NCBI GenBank assembly: GCA_964593285.1
Contig: CAZQHZ010000006.1
Coordinates: 44,777-64,776 of the forward strand
Direction: 5' to 3'
DNA: 20,000 nucleotides
Origin: an uncultured Methanosarcinales archaeon
Lineage (GTDB): Archaea > Nanobdellota > Nanobdellia > Woesearchaeales > DSVV01
Below are positions 1 to 9,416 of this stretch, piece after piece; position 1 is the first letter of the stretch, and every line of letters starts with the position of its first letter. The notes beneath the pieces were generated by a model that was not told where the DNA came from, searched no databases, and was given only the letters and a program-made list of their open reading frames with translations. A program made the translations under genes and the position numbers.

Positions 1-2
1 AT

Positions 3-287
<285 letters not shown>

Positions 288-389
288 AAAATAATTTAAT
301 TTTATATGTATTTTACATATTTTTAAATTAATAATTAAAAAATTATTTTACAAAAAATATATATATACTCTTTTTATCTTAAATAAATA

Positions 390-644
390 ATGGAAATAAA
401 TTTAGAGCTTCAAAAAATAATTTCAATAATTGAAAAAAATAAATATAAAAAAATATGTATTCAACTCCCTGATGGCTTAAAACCAAAATCTAAAATGATA
501 CATGATTATTTAAAAAAAGAAACAAATGCAGAAATTTTTATATGGGGTGGCTCTTGTTTTGGTGGCTGTGATATACCAAATATACCAAAATTTTTAAAAA
601 TTGATTTGTTTATACAATTTGGACATACAAAATTTATTAAATAA
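390..644 (+). CDS. dph2: Diphthamide synthesis protein Dph2, N-terminal domain only (84 aa)
   Basis: Motifs ICIQLPDGLK, WGGSCFGGCD and DLFIQFGH match the start of archaeal Dph2/Dph1. A clean TAA stop follows. Confidence 0.85.
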   Translation: MEINLELQKIISIIEKNKYKKICIQLPDGLKPKSKMIHDYLKKETNAEIFIWGGSCFGGCDIPNIPKFLKIDLFIQFGHTKFIK

Positions 645-649
645 CAAAA

Positions 650-2003
650 ATGGAAATAAATTTAATTATAAAATCAGAAAAATTAGAAAAAATTAAACAA
701 GAATTATTAAATACAGCAAATGAAATAAAAGATGCAATTAATAATAAACAACCTATATGGATTAGACATCATAATGATTGTGATGGTTACTCTGGTGCTG
801 TAATACTTGAAAAAGCAATTTTAACACATTTACACAAATTCCATAAAAGAGAAAGTGATATTTTTTATTATTTTAAAAGATTTCCACTAAGAACACCATA
901 TTATGACTATTTTGATGTAACTAAAGATATTTCAACATTTTTAGCAGATTATGAAAGATTTCAAAGAAAAAAACCGTTAATCATAATAATAGATACAGGA
1001 AGTAATACCGAAAGTTTACTAGCATTAAAAAAACTTGCAGTTTACAATATTGATGTAATAGTAATTGATCATCATCCAATCAATGATGAAAATATAAAAT
1101 ACATAAAAAAACACATAAATTCAACAACAATTAATGATGGCTCAATCACAGCAGGGATGCTTTCTTGTGAAATTTCAAAATTATTAGAACCAAATATTAA
1201 AAATCCGGAATTATTTGCAGCACTATCAGGAATAGGCGATAAATCTGAAAATTTTGAACAAGAAGAATATTTTAAAAAAACACTAAATCTTGGATTTACA
1301 AAAGAATATTTAAGTGAATTAAAAGACATGATTAATTTTGAATCTGATTATTTATTATTCAATGAATCAAAAAGCTATATTCATGATATATTATTTAATT
1401 CAATAGATAATCAAAAAAAAATAATTGAAATAACAAAAGAAGAAAATAATAAAATCAATGAAAAACTACTTTTTACTATCAAAAAATATATAGAAGAAAT
1501 AAATTGTAATATTTCTGAAAATAAAAACAATTCTGAAATTTTTAATAATNNNNNNNNNNNNNNNNNNNNNNNNNNNNNNNNNNNNNNNNNNNNNNNNNNN
1601 NNNNNNNNNNNNNNNNNNNNNNNNNNNNNNNNNNNNNNNNNNNNNNNNNAATAACAATAAATTTATTTTAGGATTAATTAATGTTGAAAAATATTTCCAT
1701 AAAAATTATAAATCATATAGTAAAATTTCTTCATTATCATTAAATTATTTAGACAAGAAAACAAATAAAAATATAGTTATGATTGCTTATGGTGATGATA
1801 TAATTACATTTAGAATTTCAAAAAAATTATCGTTTGATGTAAACAAAATAAAAAAAGCTTTAATCCAAAAATTTCCTTATGCATTCATTGAAGGTGGAGG
1901 ACATGCTAAAGCTGGAACAATTACATTTAATAAAAACTCAAAGAATGATATAATTGAATTTTTAAAAAAATATTTTAAAGGTGAATTAAATGATAGATTA
2001 TAA
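650..2003 (+). CDS. Archaeal RecJ-like DHH/DHHA1 phosphoesterase (COG1107/HAN-like C-terminal part), spanning a scaffold gap
   Basis: IRHHNDCDG, IIDTGS, VIDHH and GIGD lie before the gap. The frame of ORF 1779..2003 is open from 1650 and carries the DHHA1 motif GGGHAKAG, so the two ORFs are one gene joined across the 100 Ns. Confidence 0.82.
1550..1649. other. Assembly gap (100 N) inside an AAT repeat
   Basis: Run of Ns flanked by ...aataat and aataacaat... Confidence 0.98.
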
Positions 2004-2532
2004 TCATATAACTTTATTTTTTATTTCTATTAGCACATTTTGTGGGATAATTATTGGATATTTACTTTCATTAATTGCACCAGAAGAATTAATATGTGGA
2101 AAAAAATATTTTATAAATTTTAAAAAAATTTTAATTACTATATTTATTTCATTTTTTATAACATTTTTATTTAATAATTTAATAATCAAAAGTATTATAT
2201 TTATCATCTTAGTTATTTTGTCAAATATAATATTATTTAAAATAAATATTAAAAATAAATATTACTCAACATTTTATTATGTTTCATTTTTACCAATAAT
2301 TATTGTAAGTCAAAATATAAATTATTTAATTACAATGTCAATTATAGTATATATTCTCTCAACAGTTTATTCTACAATTTTTTCAGCAAACTTAAAATAT
2401 GTAAAAAATGAAAAAATAATCAATAAAATTACTTTATTTAAACATACAATGCTCAATTTTTATCCATATCTAATATTTTCTAATATTGGAATTATTATTT
2501 TAATAATTATTGATAACATCAAACTAATTTAA
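1990..2532 (+). CDS. Hypothetical multi-pass membrane protein
   Basis: About 5-6 hydrophobic segments. Start overlaps the upstream stop, with a GGTGA Shine-Dalgarno-like motif just upstream of the ATG. Confidence 0.75.
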   Translation: MIDYNHITLFFISISTFCGIIIGYLLSLIAPEELICGKKYFINFKKILITIFISFFITFLFNNLIIKSIIFIILVILSNIILFKINIKNKYYSTFYYVSFLPIIIVSQNINYLITMSIIVYILSTVYSTIFSANLKYVKNEKIINKITLFKHTMLNFYPYLIFSNIGIIILIIIDNIKLI

Positions 2533-2644
2533 AATTATAATTAAAAATAAATAGTCCAATTATTTTCTTTTATAAAAAACAAAAATGTACATAAAATATA
2601 AATGTACAATAAAGTTGTTATTTGGATAGAAAATAGCAATAGTA

Positions 2645-2665
2645 AAACAAAACATTTATAAATGT
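2645..2665 (+). promoter_or_regulatory. Putative archaeal BRE/TATA promoter of the Ig-domain surface protein
   Basis: A-rich BRE-like run followed by TTTATAAA at 2655-2662, about 70 nt upstream of the likely start. Confidence 0.5.
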
Positions 2666-2733
2666 AAAAAAGTTACCACTAAATAATAATATAAATTGTG
2701 GATTTTATAATGAACAAAATGGGGGATAAAAAA

Positions 2734-4383
2734 ATGAATCTAAAAAACATATTGATATTTTGCATCGCATTTATATTTATGAGTTTTTTTGTAAATGCAT
2801 CATTAGATATAGATTTAAACCTACATCCAACAACTGCTTATACAAATGATGACTTAAGATGTAGTTTTAATGTTGAAGGAAATCTTTCAACTTACAATGT
2901 AAATGTACAATGGATAAAAGATGAAGCAAACCATAGTACACCAATTGCAATTGCTGCACAAAATAACACATTAACAAATGTAACACTAGCATCAACACAA
3001 ACTTCAAAAACAGAAAATTGGAGATGCAATGTTAGTACAACAAATAATGTAGTAAATGAAAGTGCTCTATCAAATACAGTTACAATACTAAATAGTGCAC
3101 CAACAATTTCATCTATTTCAACACAAAATGCAGAAACTGATAAAAGTTTTAGTTATCAAGTAAATGCAAATGATTTAGATGGAGATACATTAATTTATAG
3201 TTTAGTAACAAATCCAGAGGGTATGACTATCAATAATAACACTGGTAGAATCTCATGGACACCAGAGGAAGATCAAGTAGGAAATCATGATGTAACTGTT
3301 AGAGTTAATGATGGTGCAATAGCAACCGAAACTTCTTTTGAAATTAGTGTTAGCAGAATGAAATTAGAAGTTGATAGAATAAGAGCTTCATGTTCACCTA
3401 GTTGCAGAGATTATACTGATAGAGAAGATGGTGGAAGTATAGAGCGAGTAAGACCTGGTTCTAGTTTAGATTTAGAAATAACTCTTGAGAATTTATGGGA
3501 TCGTAGAAGTGATGAAGATTATAGAATCGAAGATATTGAAATTTTTTCAGAACTTGAAGAAATGGGATCATCATGGAATTATCAAGATGATGAAGAAAGT
3601 ATTAGAAGACTTGATGCTGGACGAACTGAAACTGTTAAATTTACCTTTGATATTCCTGAAGATACTGACGATGATAGATACGATCTATTTGTTGAAATTG
3701 AAGGAATTGATGAAAAAGATGGAGAAGTTTATAGAATTACACATCGAATAGATGTTGAAGTTGAAAAAGAAACAGATAGTATGATTTTTAAAACTGCAAG
3801 TTTATCACCAAGCACAGTTTCATGTGATAGAACAACACAATTAAGAGTAAATGTAAAAAATATCGGTTCTAATACACAAAGAGGTGCACAATTAAGTGTC
3901 TTAAATTCAGAACTTGACATTGAAAAAATTGAATTTTTTGATGTTTATTATGGTTACTATGATGATAGCGATACAGAATTTGAAAAAACATATACACTTA
4001 ATATACCAAAAAATACAAATCCTGGAACATATGACATCGAATTAAGAGCATATTATGAAAGAAGTAGTAGATATGAATCAAAAACACTTCCATTAGTTGT
4101 AAAAGAATGTGTAACATATGAAGAACCAACAGAGCCAACAGAGCCAAAAGATAGTGATGATGATGAAAAAGAAGAAGAAGTAATTGTAGTAACACAGCCA
4201 CAAATTCAAATACCAACAACACAAACACCAACAACCACAACAGATGAATCAAAAACAACATTTCAAAGAAGTGCTGAAGATTTTTATGACTCAATTGCAT
4301 TTACAGTAATTTTAGTGTTAGTATTTATACTACTTTTACTTGGAGTTATATATCTTGGAAAACTTGCTTTTGCAAAAAAATAA
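2734..4383 (+). CDS. Secreted, C-terminally anchored surface protein with Ig/cadherin-like (putative Ig) and CARDB-like domains
   Basis: Signal peptide MNLKNILIFCIAFIFMSFFVNA after a GGGGG SD-like motif. Cadherin/He_PIG-like repeat (YQVNANDLDGDTLIYSL...PEGMTINNNTGRISWTP...VTVRVNDG). Acidic P/T-rich stalk, C-terminal TM helix and KK. Confidence 0.85.
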   Translation: MNLKNILIFCIAFIFMSFFVNASLDIDLNLHPTTAYTNDDLRCSFNVEGNLSTYNVNVQWIKDEANHSTPIAIAAQNNTLTNVTLASTQTSKTENWRCNVSTTNNVVNESALSNTVTILNSAPTISSISTQNAETDKSFSYQVNANDLDGDTLIYSLVTNPEGMTINNNTGRISWTPEEDQVGNHDVTVRVNDGAIATETSFEISVSRMKLEVDRIRASCSPSCRDYTDREDGGSIERVRPGSSLDLEITLENLWDRRSDEDYRIEDIEIFSELEEMGSSWNYQDDEESIRRLDAGRTETVKFTFDIPEDTDDDRYDLFVEIEGIDEKDGEVYRITHRIDVEVEKETDSMIFKTASLSPSTVSCDRTTQLRVNVKNIGSNTQRGAQLSVLNSELDIEKIEFFDVYYGYYDDSDTEFEKTYTLNIPKNTNPGTYDIELRAYYERSSRYESKTLPLVVKECVTYEEPTEPTEPKDSDDDEKEEEVIVVTQPQIQIPTTQTPTTTTDESKTTFQRSAEDFYDSIAFTVILVLVFILLLLGVIYLGKLAFAKK

Positions 4384-4396
4384 TTTATTTTTTTTA
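4384..4396 (+). terminator. T-rich archaeal terminator
   Basis: TTTATTTTTTTT immediately after the stop codon. Confidence 0.45.
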
Positions 4397-4434
4397 TTAA
4401 TTTTATTATAAAATTTCAATATCAAAACAATATA

Positions 4435-4573
4435 TTTATAAATAAACAATTATTTTAAAAAAATTACATTTAAAATCAAGAGATAAGTCGGTAAAAATTT
4501 GCTTACTTATACTGGAGAAATAAGCTTATTTCTATTTGCTTAAAATCTCCAAAAAAATGTGGAGGCTAATAAA
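4435..4573 (+). promoter_or_regulatory. rps15 promoter and structured ~100-nt 5' leader (candidate ribosomal-protein leader)
   Basis: TTTATAAA at 4435-4442. Hairpin 4483-4510, perfect 18-nt palindrome 4516-4533, and CTCCA 4547-4551 complementary to SD-overlapping TGGAG 4560-4564. Confidence 0.5.
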
Positions 4574-5029
4574 ATGGCAAGAATGTACTCAAGAAAAAGA
4601 GGAAAAAGTGGGTCTAATAAACCAATAAAAAAAGAAATTCCATCATGGATTAGATACAAACCAAAAGAAGTAGAATTACTAATTGTAAAAATAGCAAAAG
4701 AAATTAAAGAAGCTTCAAAAATTGGGATAATATTAAGAGATACATATGGAATTCCTTCTGTAAAATTAATAACAAAAAAAACAATTACACAAATTTTAAG
4801 AGAAAAAAATTTAACACAAGAAATTCCAGAAGATTTGATGGCTGTAATTAAAACAAACATAAAAATTAAAAAACATCTTGAAGAAAATAAACAAGATAAA
4901 GTTGCTAAAAGAGGATTACAAATTGCAGAATCAAAAATTAAAAGGTTAGTTAATTATTATAAAAAATCAAAAAAACTACCAAAAGACTGGAAATATAATC
5001 CTGAAAAAATAAGACTTTTAATAGAATAA
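4574..5029 (+). CDS. rps15: 30S ribosomal protein S15 (uS15, S15P/S13e)
   Basis: MARMYSRKRGKSGS, IGIILRDTYGIP and ESKIKRLVNYYK motifs. GGAGG SD at 4561-4565 supports ATG 4574. Confidence 0.97.
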   Translation: MARMYSRKRGKSGSNKPIKKEIPSWIRYKPKEVELLIVKIAKEIKEASKIGIILRDTYGIPSVKLITKKTITQILREKNLTQEIPEDLMAVIKTNIKIKKHLEENKQDKVAKRGLQIAESKIKRLVNYYKKSKKLPKDWKYNPEKIRLLIE

Positions 5030-5038
5030 ATTTTTAAA

Positions 5039-6445
5039 ATGAGTCTTGATTTATTTAATTTTCAGCTAAATGAAGCTGTTAATTTTTTTAATTCTTTTAA
5101 TAATAAAAAAACAATAAAAATTGTTTCACATCATGATGCTGATGGTATATGTTCAGCTGCTTTATTAATTAAATTATTAAATAATTTTAAAATAAATTAT
5201 AGTATTTCTATTGTTTCAGTCTTAAATTCAACAAACATAAATGAATTTGCAAAAGAAAATTATGAACACTATATTTTTTCAGATCTTGGTTCTTCATATA
5301 TCAATTTAATTAATGATGTATTTGATGAAAAAAAAGTTTTAATTTTGGATCATCATATAATAAATCAAAATATAAAAACAAAAAAAAATATATGCCACAT
5401 TAACCCTTATTTATCAAAAATTAATGCATCTAATGAAATTTCAGGTTCTGGTGTTGTTTATTTATTTTGTGAAAAGCTTGATAAATCTTTTATATCTTTA
5501 TCATACCTTGCATTAATTGGAGCAATAGGCGACTGCCAGGAAAAAAAAGGATTTACTGGAATTAATTTAGATTTATTAAAAAAATCAAAAAAGAATAATT
5601 TAATAAATCATTTTAAAGGTATAAAAATAATAGGTTCATATTCAAAACCAATTGTTAAATTTATAAAGCAAAGTATTGATCCATTAATACCTGAATTATC
5701 AGGGGATGAAGTAAAAACAATCAATTTTTTAAGAAAAATAAATATTGAACCAATCAAAAATAAAAAATATAAAACTTTATTTGATTTAAATGATGAAGAA
5801 AAAAGCAAATTAATTATTGAATTATCAAAATTAATCCCAAAATCAAAAAAAAAGAATTTAATTGGTGATGTCTATTTAATTAATTCACAAACAGGACCAT
5901 ATAAGGATATACGAGAATTTTCAACAATATTAAATTCATGTGGCAGATTAAATAAATCAACAATAGGAATTGGAGCTTGTTTAAATGATAATAAAATGAA
6001 AAAAAAAGCTCTTGAATTGTTAAATGAATACAAAAAAGAAATTTTAGATATGATTAAATGGTTTAAAGAAAATAAAAATACAAAATTAATAATTGAATCA
6101 AATAATTTTATAATAATTAACTGCAAAAATTTTATTGCCCCAAATATGATTGGAATTTTTGCATCTATAATATCATACTCAAACATGATTAATAAAAATA
6201 AATTTGTTCTAACAATGTCAAGAAATGATGATAATACAACAAAAATATCATTGAGATATTCAAACAAACAAGATAATGTTAATTTATATGAAATTATTTC
6301 AAAAATAACAAAAATGGTTAATGGCGAATTTGGTGGACATAAAAATGCAGCAGGTGCAATTATTAATACAAATTTAGAAGAACAATTTATAACTAAAGCA
6401 CAAGAATTATTTAAAAATTTATCAATACAAGAAAAAATTGAATAA
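5039..6445 (+). CDS. recJ: RecJ/Cdc45-like DHH nuclease (GAN-type)
   Basis: SHHDADG, FSDLG, ILDHH, GAIGD and GGHKNAAG motifs. Sits directly after rps15, as in the conserved archaeal cluster. Confidence 0.9.
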   Translation: MSLDLFNFQLNEAVNFFNSFNNKKTIKIVSHHDADGICSAALLIKLLNNFKINYSISIVSVLNSTNINEFAKENYEHYIFSDLGSSYINLINDVFDEKKVLILDHHIINQNIKTKKNICHINPYLSKINASNEISGSGVVYLFCEKLDKSFISLSYLALIGAIGDCQEKKGFTGINLDLLKKSKKNNLINHFKGIKIIGSYSKPIVKFIKQSIDPLIPELSGDEVKTINFLRKINIEPIKNKKYKTLFDLNDEEKSKLIIELSKLIPKSKKKNLIGDVYLINSQTGPYKDIREFSTILNSCGRLNKSTIGIGACLNDNKMKKKALELLNEYKKEILDMIKWFKENKNTKLIIESNNFIIINCKNFIAPNMIGIFASIISYSNMINKNKFVLTMSRNDDNTTKISLRYSNKQDNVNLYEIISKITKMVNGEFGGHKNAAGAIINTNLEEQFITKAQELFKNLSIQEKIE

Positions 6446-6456
6446 AATATATAAAA

Positions 6457-8352
6457 CTAATTTAATCTTATTGTTTCTAAATTCCTTGGAACAGTTGTTT
6501 CTATCCTATAAGATTTATAAATAGAACTTGCAAGATCAATACTTCTTGATTGTTCTCCATGTTGCAAAATAATTTTCCTTGGTTTTGGATTTAATTTATA
6601 AACGAAATTCATTAATTCTTTTCTAGTAGAATGTCCTGTAAATCCATCTATTGATTCTATATTTAATTTTAAAGTATAAATATCTTGTTTATTTCCATTT
6701 AAAAATGCAATATCTCTCTCTCCTCGTTGAATCCTCTTACCCAAAGAACCCTCACCTTGATAAGATGAAAATATTAACATATTTTTAGGACTTTCTGAAA
6801 ATGCCTTTAAATATTCCACACTAGGCCCCCCAGTAAGCATACCTGAAGTTGCAAGAACAATACAAGGACCTGTTTCTTCAATAACTTGTTTTCTTTCTTT
6901 GTTTGAGCCAACTCTTTTAAAATTTTCAGATAAAAAAGGATTTTGATTTTGATGAAAGATTAATCGTCTAACATAAGAATTTAAATATTCAGGATATGCA
7001 GAATGAATTGCAGTAACATCCCAAACCATCCCATCAATATAAACAGGTATATCTTTTAATAAATCTTTTCTATATAATGAATCTAAAATCACTAAAACTT
7101 CTTGTGCTCGGCCAACTCCTAAAACAGGAATTAAAACCTTTCCATTATTAGCAATAGTATCTTGAATTAATTTAACAAAATAACTTTCAGATTCTTTTCT
7201 AGATATAGGATTATTATTTTTACCACCATAAGTTGATTCAATCATCATGGTTTCAAGTCTTTGAAATCTTGAAACAGCTCGTTCAAGTAATTCTGTTTTT
7301 CCAAATTTCATATCACCAGTATATAAAAAATTATGTAAACCATTTCCAATATGCATATGAACCATTGAACTTCCAAGAATGTGCCCTGCATTATGCATAG
7401 TTATCCTAACATCTGGTGTTATATCAGAAACTTCATCATATTCTAAAGTAATAGTATGTTTTACCATTTCTTTAACATCGTCAATTGAATATATTGGCTC
7501 TTTACCTGTGGATTTCATAATTTTAATATAATCTAAACACAATAATGACATAATATCTCTTGTTGGAGATGTACAATACACAGGTCCTTTGTATCCAAAT
7601 TTAAATAAATAAGGAACAAAACCACAATGGTCTAAATGACTATGACTAACAATTACAGCGTCTAATTCATCAACTTTAAATTCAGGTGCTTCTAAATGCG
7701 GAAAGGCATTATCTTCATTTGCAACATCAACACCACAATCAAGTAATATTCTAGATTCAGGTGTTTGTAGTAAAAAACAACTTCTTCCAACTTGTCTGCC
7801 TGCACCAAGTGCAGTTAATCTAATCCATTCTTGTTTTTTTCCACGAATCCAACCATCATAAATTCTATGACCGATTTTATTTAAAAATTTACGTCTATAA
7901 TCGCTATTTTGATAAATTACATTTCTAATATTTTCAATAAGCATTGACCTAATAGGTGGTGTTCTTCTAATAATTGGAACCCACATTGTTTTTTCTTTAA
8001 TTTCTCTAAGCAGTGAACCTTGCTTACCAATTGCAACACCTGGTTTTTCTGTTTCAATAATTACAATAGAACGTTGACTATCGAATAAAATTTGTGCAAT
8101 CCCAGCATCTTCTGGTATTATTTTTTTAATTTCATTTTCAGCTTTTTCTATATCTAAAGTAACAGAAGGATCAGGTCGCAGTTCAACCCTTTTCTTAATA
8201 TTATTAACAATTTTTTTAATAATACCATCATTATTAAATAAAAATTCTTTATCTTTAGTATACAATACTATATTTGCTCCTTCAAAACCAGCATCACTTA
8301 TTTTTCCATCTGGCACTTGTTTTAAAATTTCTTTTATTATTGGATTGTTCAT
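6457..8352 (-). CDS. fttA: Beta-CASP ribonuclease aCPSF1 / transcription termination factor FttA
   Basis: N-terminal KH domains (KPGVAIGKQG), MBL motif SHSHLDH, NAGHILGS, ESTYG, GHS and QHGE. Follows psmB as is typical. Start 8352 chosen over GTG 8361. Confidence 0.96.
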   Translation of the reverse strand: MNNPIIKEILKQVPDGKISDAGFEGANIVLYTKDKEFLFNNDGIIKKIVNNIKKRVELRPDPSVTLDIEKAENEIKKIIPEDAGIAQILFDSQRSIVIIETEKPGVAIGKQGSLLREIKEKTMWVPIIRRTPPIRSMLIENIRNVIYQNSDYRRKFLNKIGHRIYDGWIRGKKQEWIRLTALGAGRQVGRSCFLLQTPESRILLDCGVDVANEDNAFPHLEAPEFKVDELDAVIVSHSHLDHCGFVPYLFKFGYKGPVYCTSPTRDIMSLLCLDYIKIMKSTGKEPIYSIDDVKEMVKHTITLEYDEVSDITPDVRITMHNAGHILGSSMVHMHIGNGLHNFLYTGDMKFGKTELLERAVSRFQRLETMMIESTYGGKNNNPISRKESESYFVKLIQDTIANNGKVLIPVLGVGRAQEVLVILDSLYRKDLLKDIPVYIDGMVWDVTAIHSAYPEYLNSYVRRLIFHQNQNPFLSENFKRVGSNKERKQVIEETGPCIVLATSGMLTGGPSVEYLKAFSESPKNMLIFSSYQGEGSLGKRIQRGERDIAFLNGNKQDIYTLKLNIESIDGFTGHSTRKELMNFVYKLNPKPRKIILQHGEQSRSIDLASSIYKSYRIETTVPRNLETIRLN

Positions 8353-8404
8353 GTTTATCACTATTTAAATTATTTATAAAAATTAAAATTTAAAAAAATA
8401 CAAT

Positions 8405-9046
8405 TCATTTTTCAAGAAATACATCAATATCTTTATCAATTATTTTTTTAGTTCCATCTTTATTAATAACTAAGATAACAAAACCATTTCCTGATGCACT
8501 ATCTCTTCTAAGCGAAGCATTCAAAGATTTAATTGCAAGATTAATTCCTTCATCAACATTAATACCATCTTCATATAATGTTTCTAAAACACCATACGCC
8601 ATAGTACTTCCAGAACCTGATGAAACATAATCTTTACATTTATTTAATGAACCATCAGGATATATATCATACAAATGATAACCTTCTTCATCCATTCCAG
8701 CCATTACTAAATGAGTAATTCCTGGAAGCATTGAAGGTTTTCTTATATTTCCATACACAAATGAAGAAAGTAAATTTGCAGCTTCACCAACACTTGTATT
8801 TCTGTTAGTTCTAACATTTTTCAATTTAATCTCAGCCCTAATTAATTTAATTAATAACTGATTATCAGAAACGCCACCTGCTGTAGTTACAGCCATATTT
8901 TCTCCTATTTCATAAATCTTTTGTGCATTCTTATCAGCAATTAAATTGCCTGCTGTTGCTCTTTTATCAGCAGCTAATATTACACCATCTTTACACAAGA
9001 TACCTACAGTAGTTGTACCTTTTAAAATATTTTCTTTTCCTACCAT
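8405..9046 (-). CDS. psmB: Proteasome subunit beta
   Basis: Short propeptide then G|TTTVG, AADKRAT, SGSGS and RDSASG. AGGTG SD-like motif upstream. Confidence 0.97.
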   Translation of the reverse strand: MVGKENILKGTTTVGILCKDGVILAADKRATAGNLIADKNAQKIYEIGENMAVTTAGGVSDNQLLIKLIRAEIKLKNVRTNRNTSVGEAANLLSSFVYGNIRKPSMLPGITHLVMAGMDEEGYHLYDIYPDGSLNKCKDYVSSGSGSTMAYGVLETLYEDGINVDEGINLAIKSLNASLRRDSASGNGFVILVINKDGTKKIIDKDIDVFLEK

Positions 9047-9177
9047 TTAATTTACACCTAGAAATTCCATTTTTATCTTAATTTAAGAAATTACTTATCA
9101 TAAAGTATTTTTGTCTTATTTATATATTTTTTGTTTTAAAGTTGAAAATCAACAATTATCAACTAAAAATTTAATTA

Positions 9178-9406
9178 TTAACCATATCTTTCAATGCATA
9201 TTATTTTATTTTTTGACTTTTTTCCTTTTATAATTTTAATTTGATTTTTTTTAACACTAAAATAATTTGATAATAATTTAATTAATTCACAATTAGCCTT
9301 ACCATCTATTGGCAGTTTAGTTAAATGAACTTTTAATTCATTACCATTTTGAATGCAATTTGTTTGTTTTGAATTAGTAATAACTTTAACAAAAAAATTT
9401 TTCCAT
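9178..9406 (-). CDS. DUF167 (YggU-like) protein with an apparent +1 frameshift in a T7 run near the start
   Basis: VKVITNSK...LKVHLTKLPIDGKANCELIKLLSNYFSV...IKIIKGKKSKNK is DUF167-like. The nearest ATG (9406) reads ATG GAA AAA TTT TTT T GTT AAA, one base out of frame. The listed 9495 start overlaps the tRNA and is spurious. Confidence 0.8.
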
Positions 9407-9416
9407 TTTAAAAAAA

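Noticed and set aside
1654..1779. DHH gene as two genes or a frameshifted pseudogene
   Set aside because: The frame change is explained by the arbitrary 100-N gap; both sides are open up to the gap.
1072..6267. Short alternative-frame or antisense ORFs (1072..1329, 1466..1657, 2004..2207, 3485..3751, 3729..3920, 3998..4300, 4540..4860, 5608..5808, 5872..6267)
   Set aside because: They lie within or almost entirely overlap well-supported genes and show no motifs; typical shadow ORFs.
8405..8407. UGA recoding to Trp, suggested by the U34-compatible splice helix of tRNA-Trp
   Set aside because: Conserved genes translate full length under code 11, the conserved Trp codons I checked are TGG, and psmB ends at TGA at a normal length. 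No in-frame TGA evidence.
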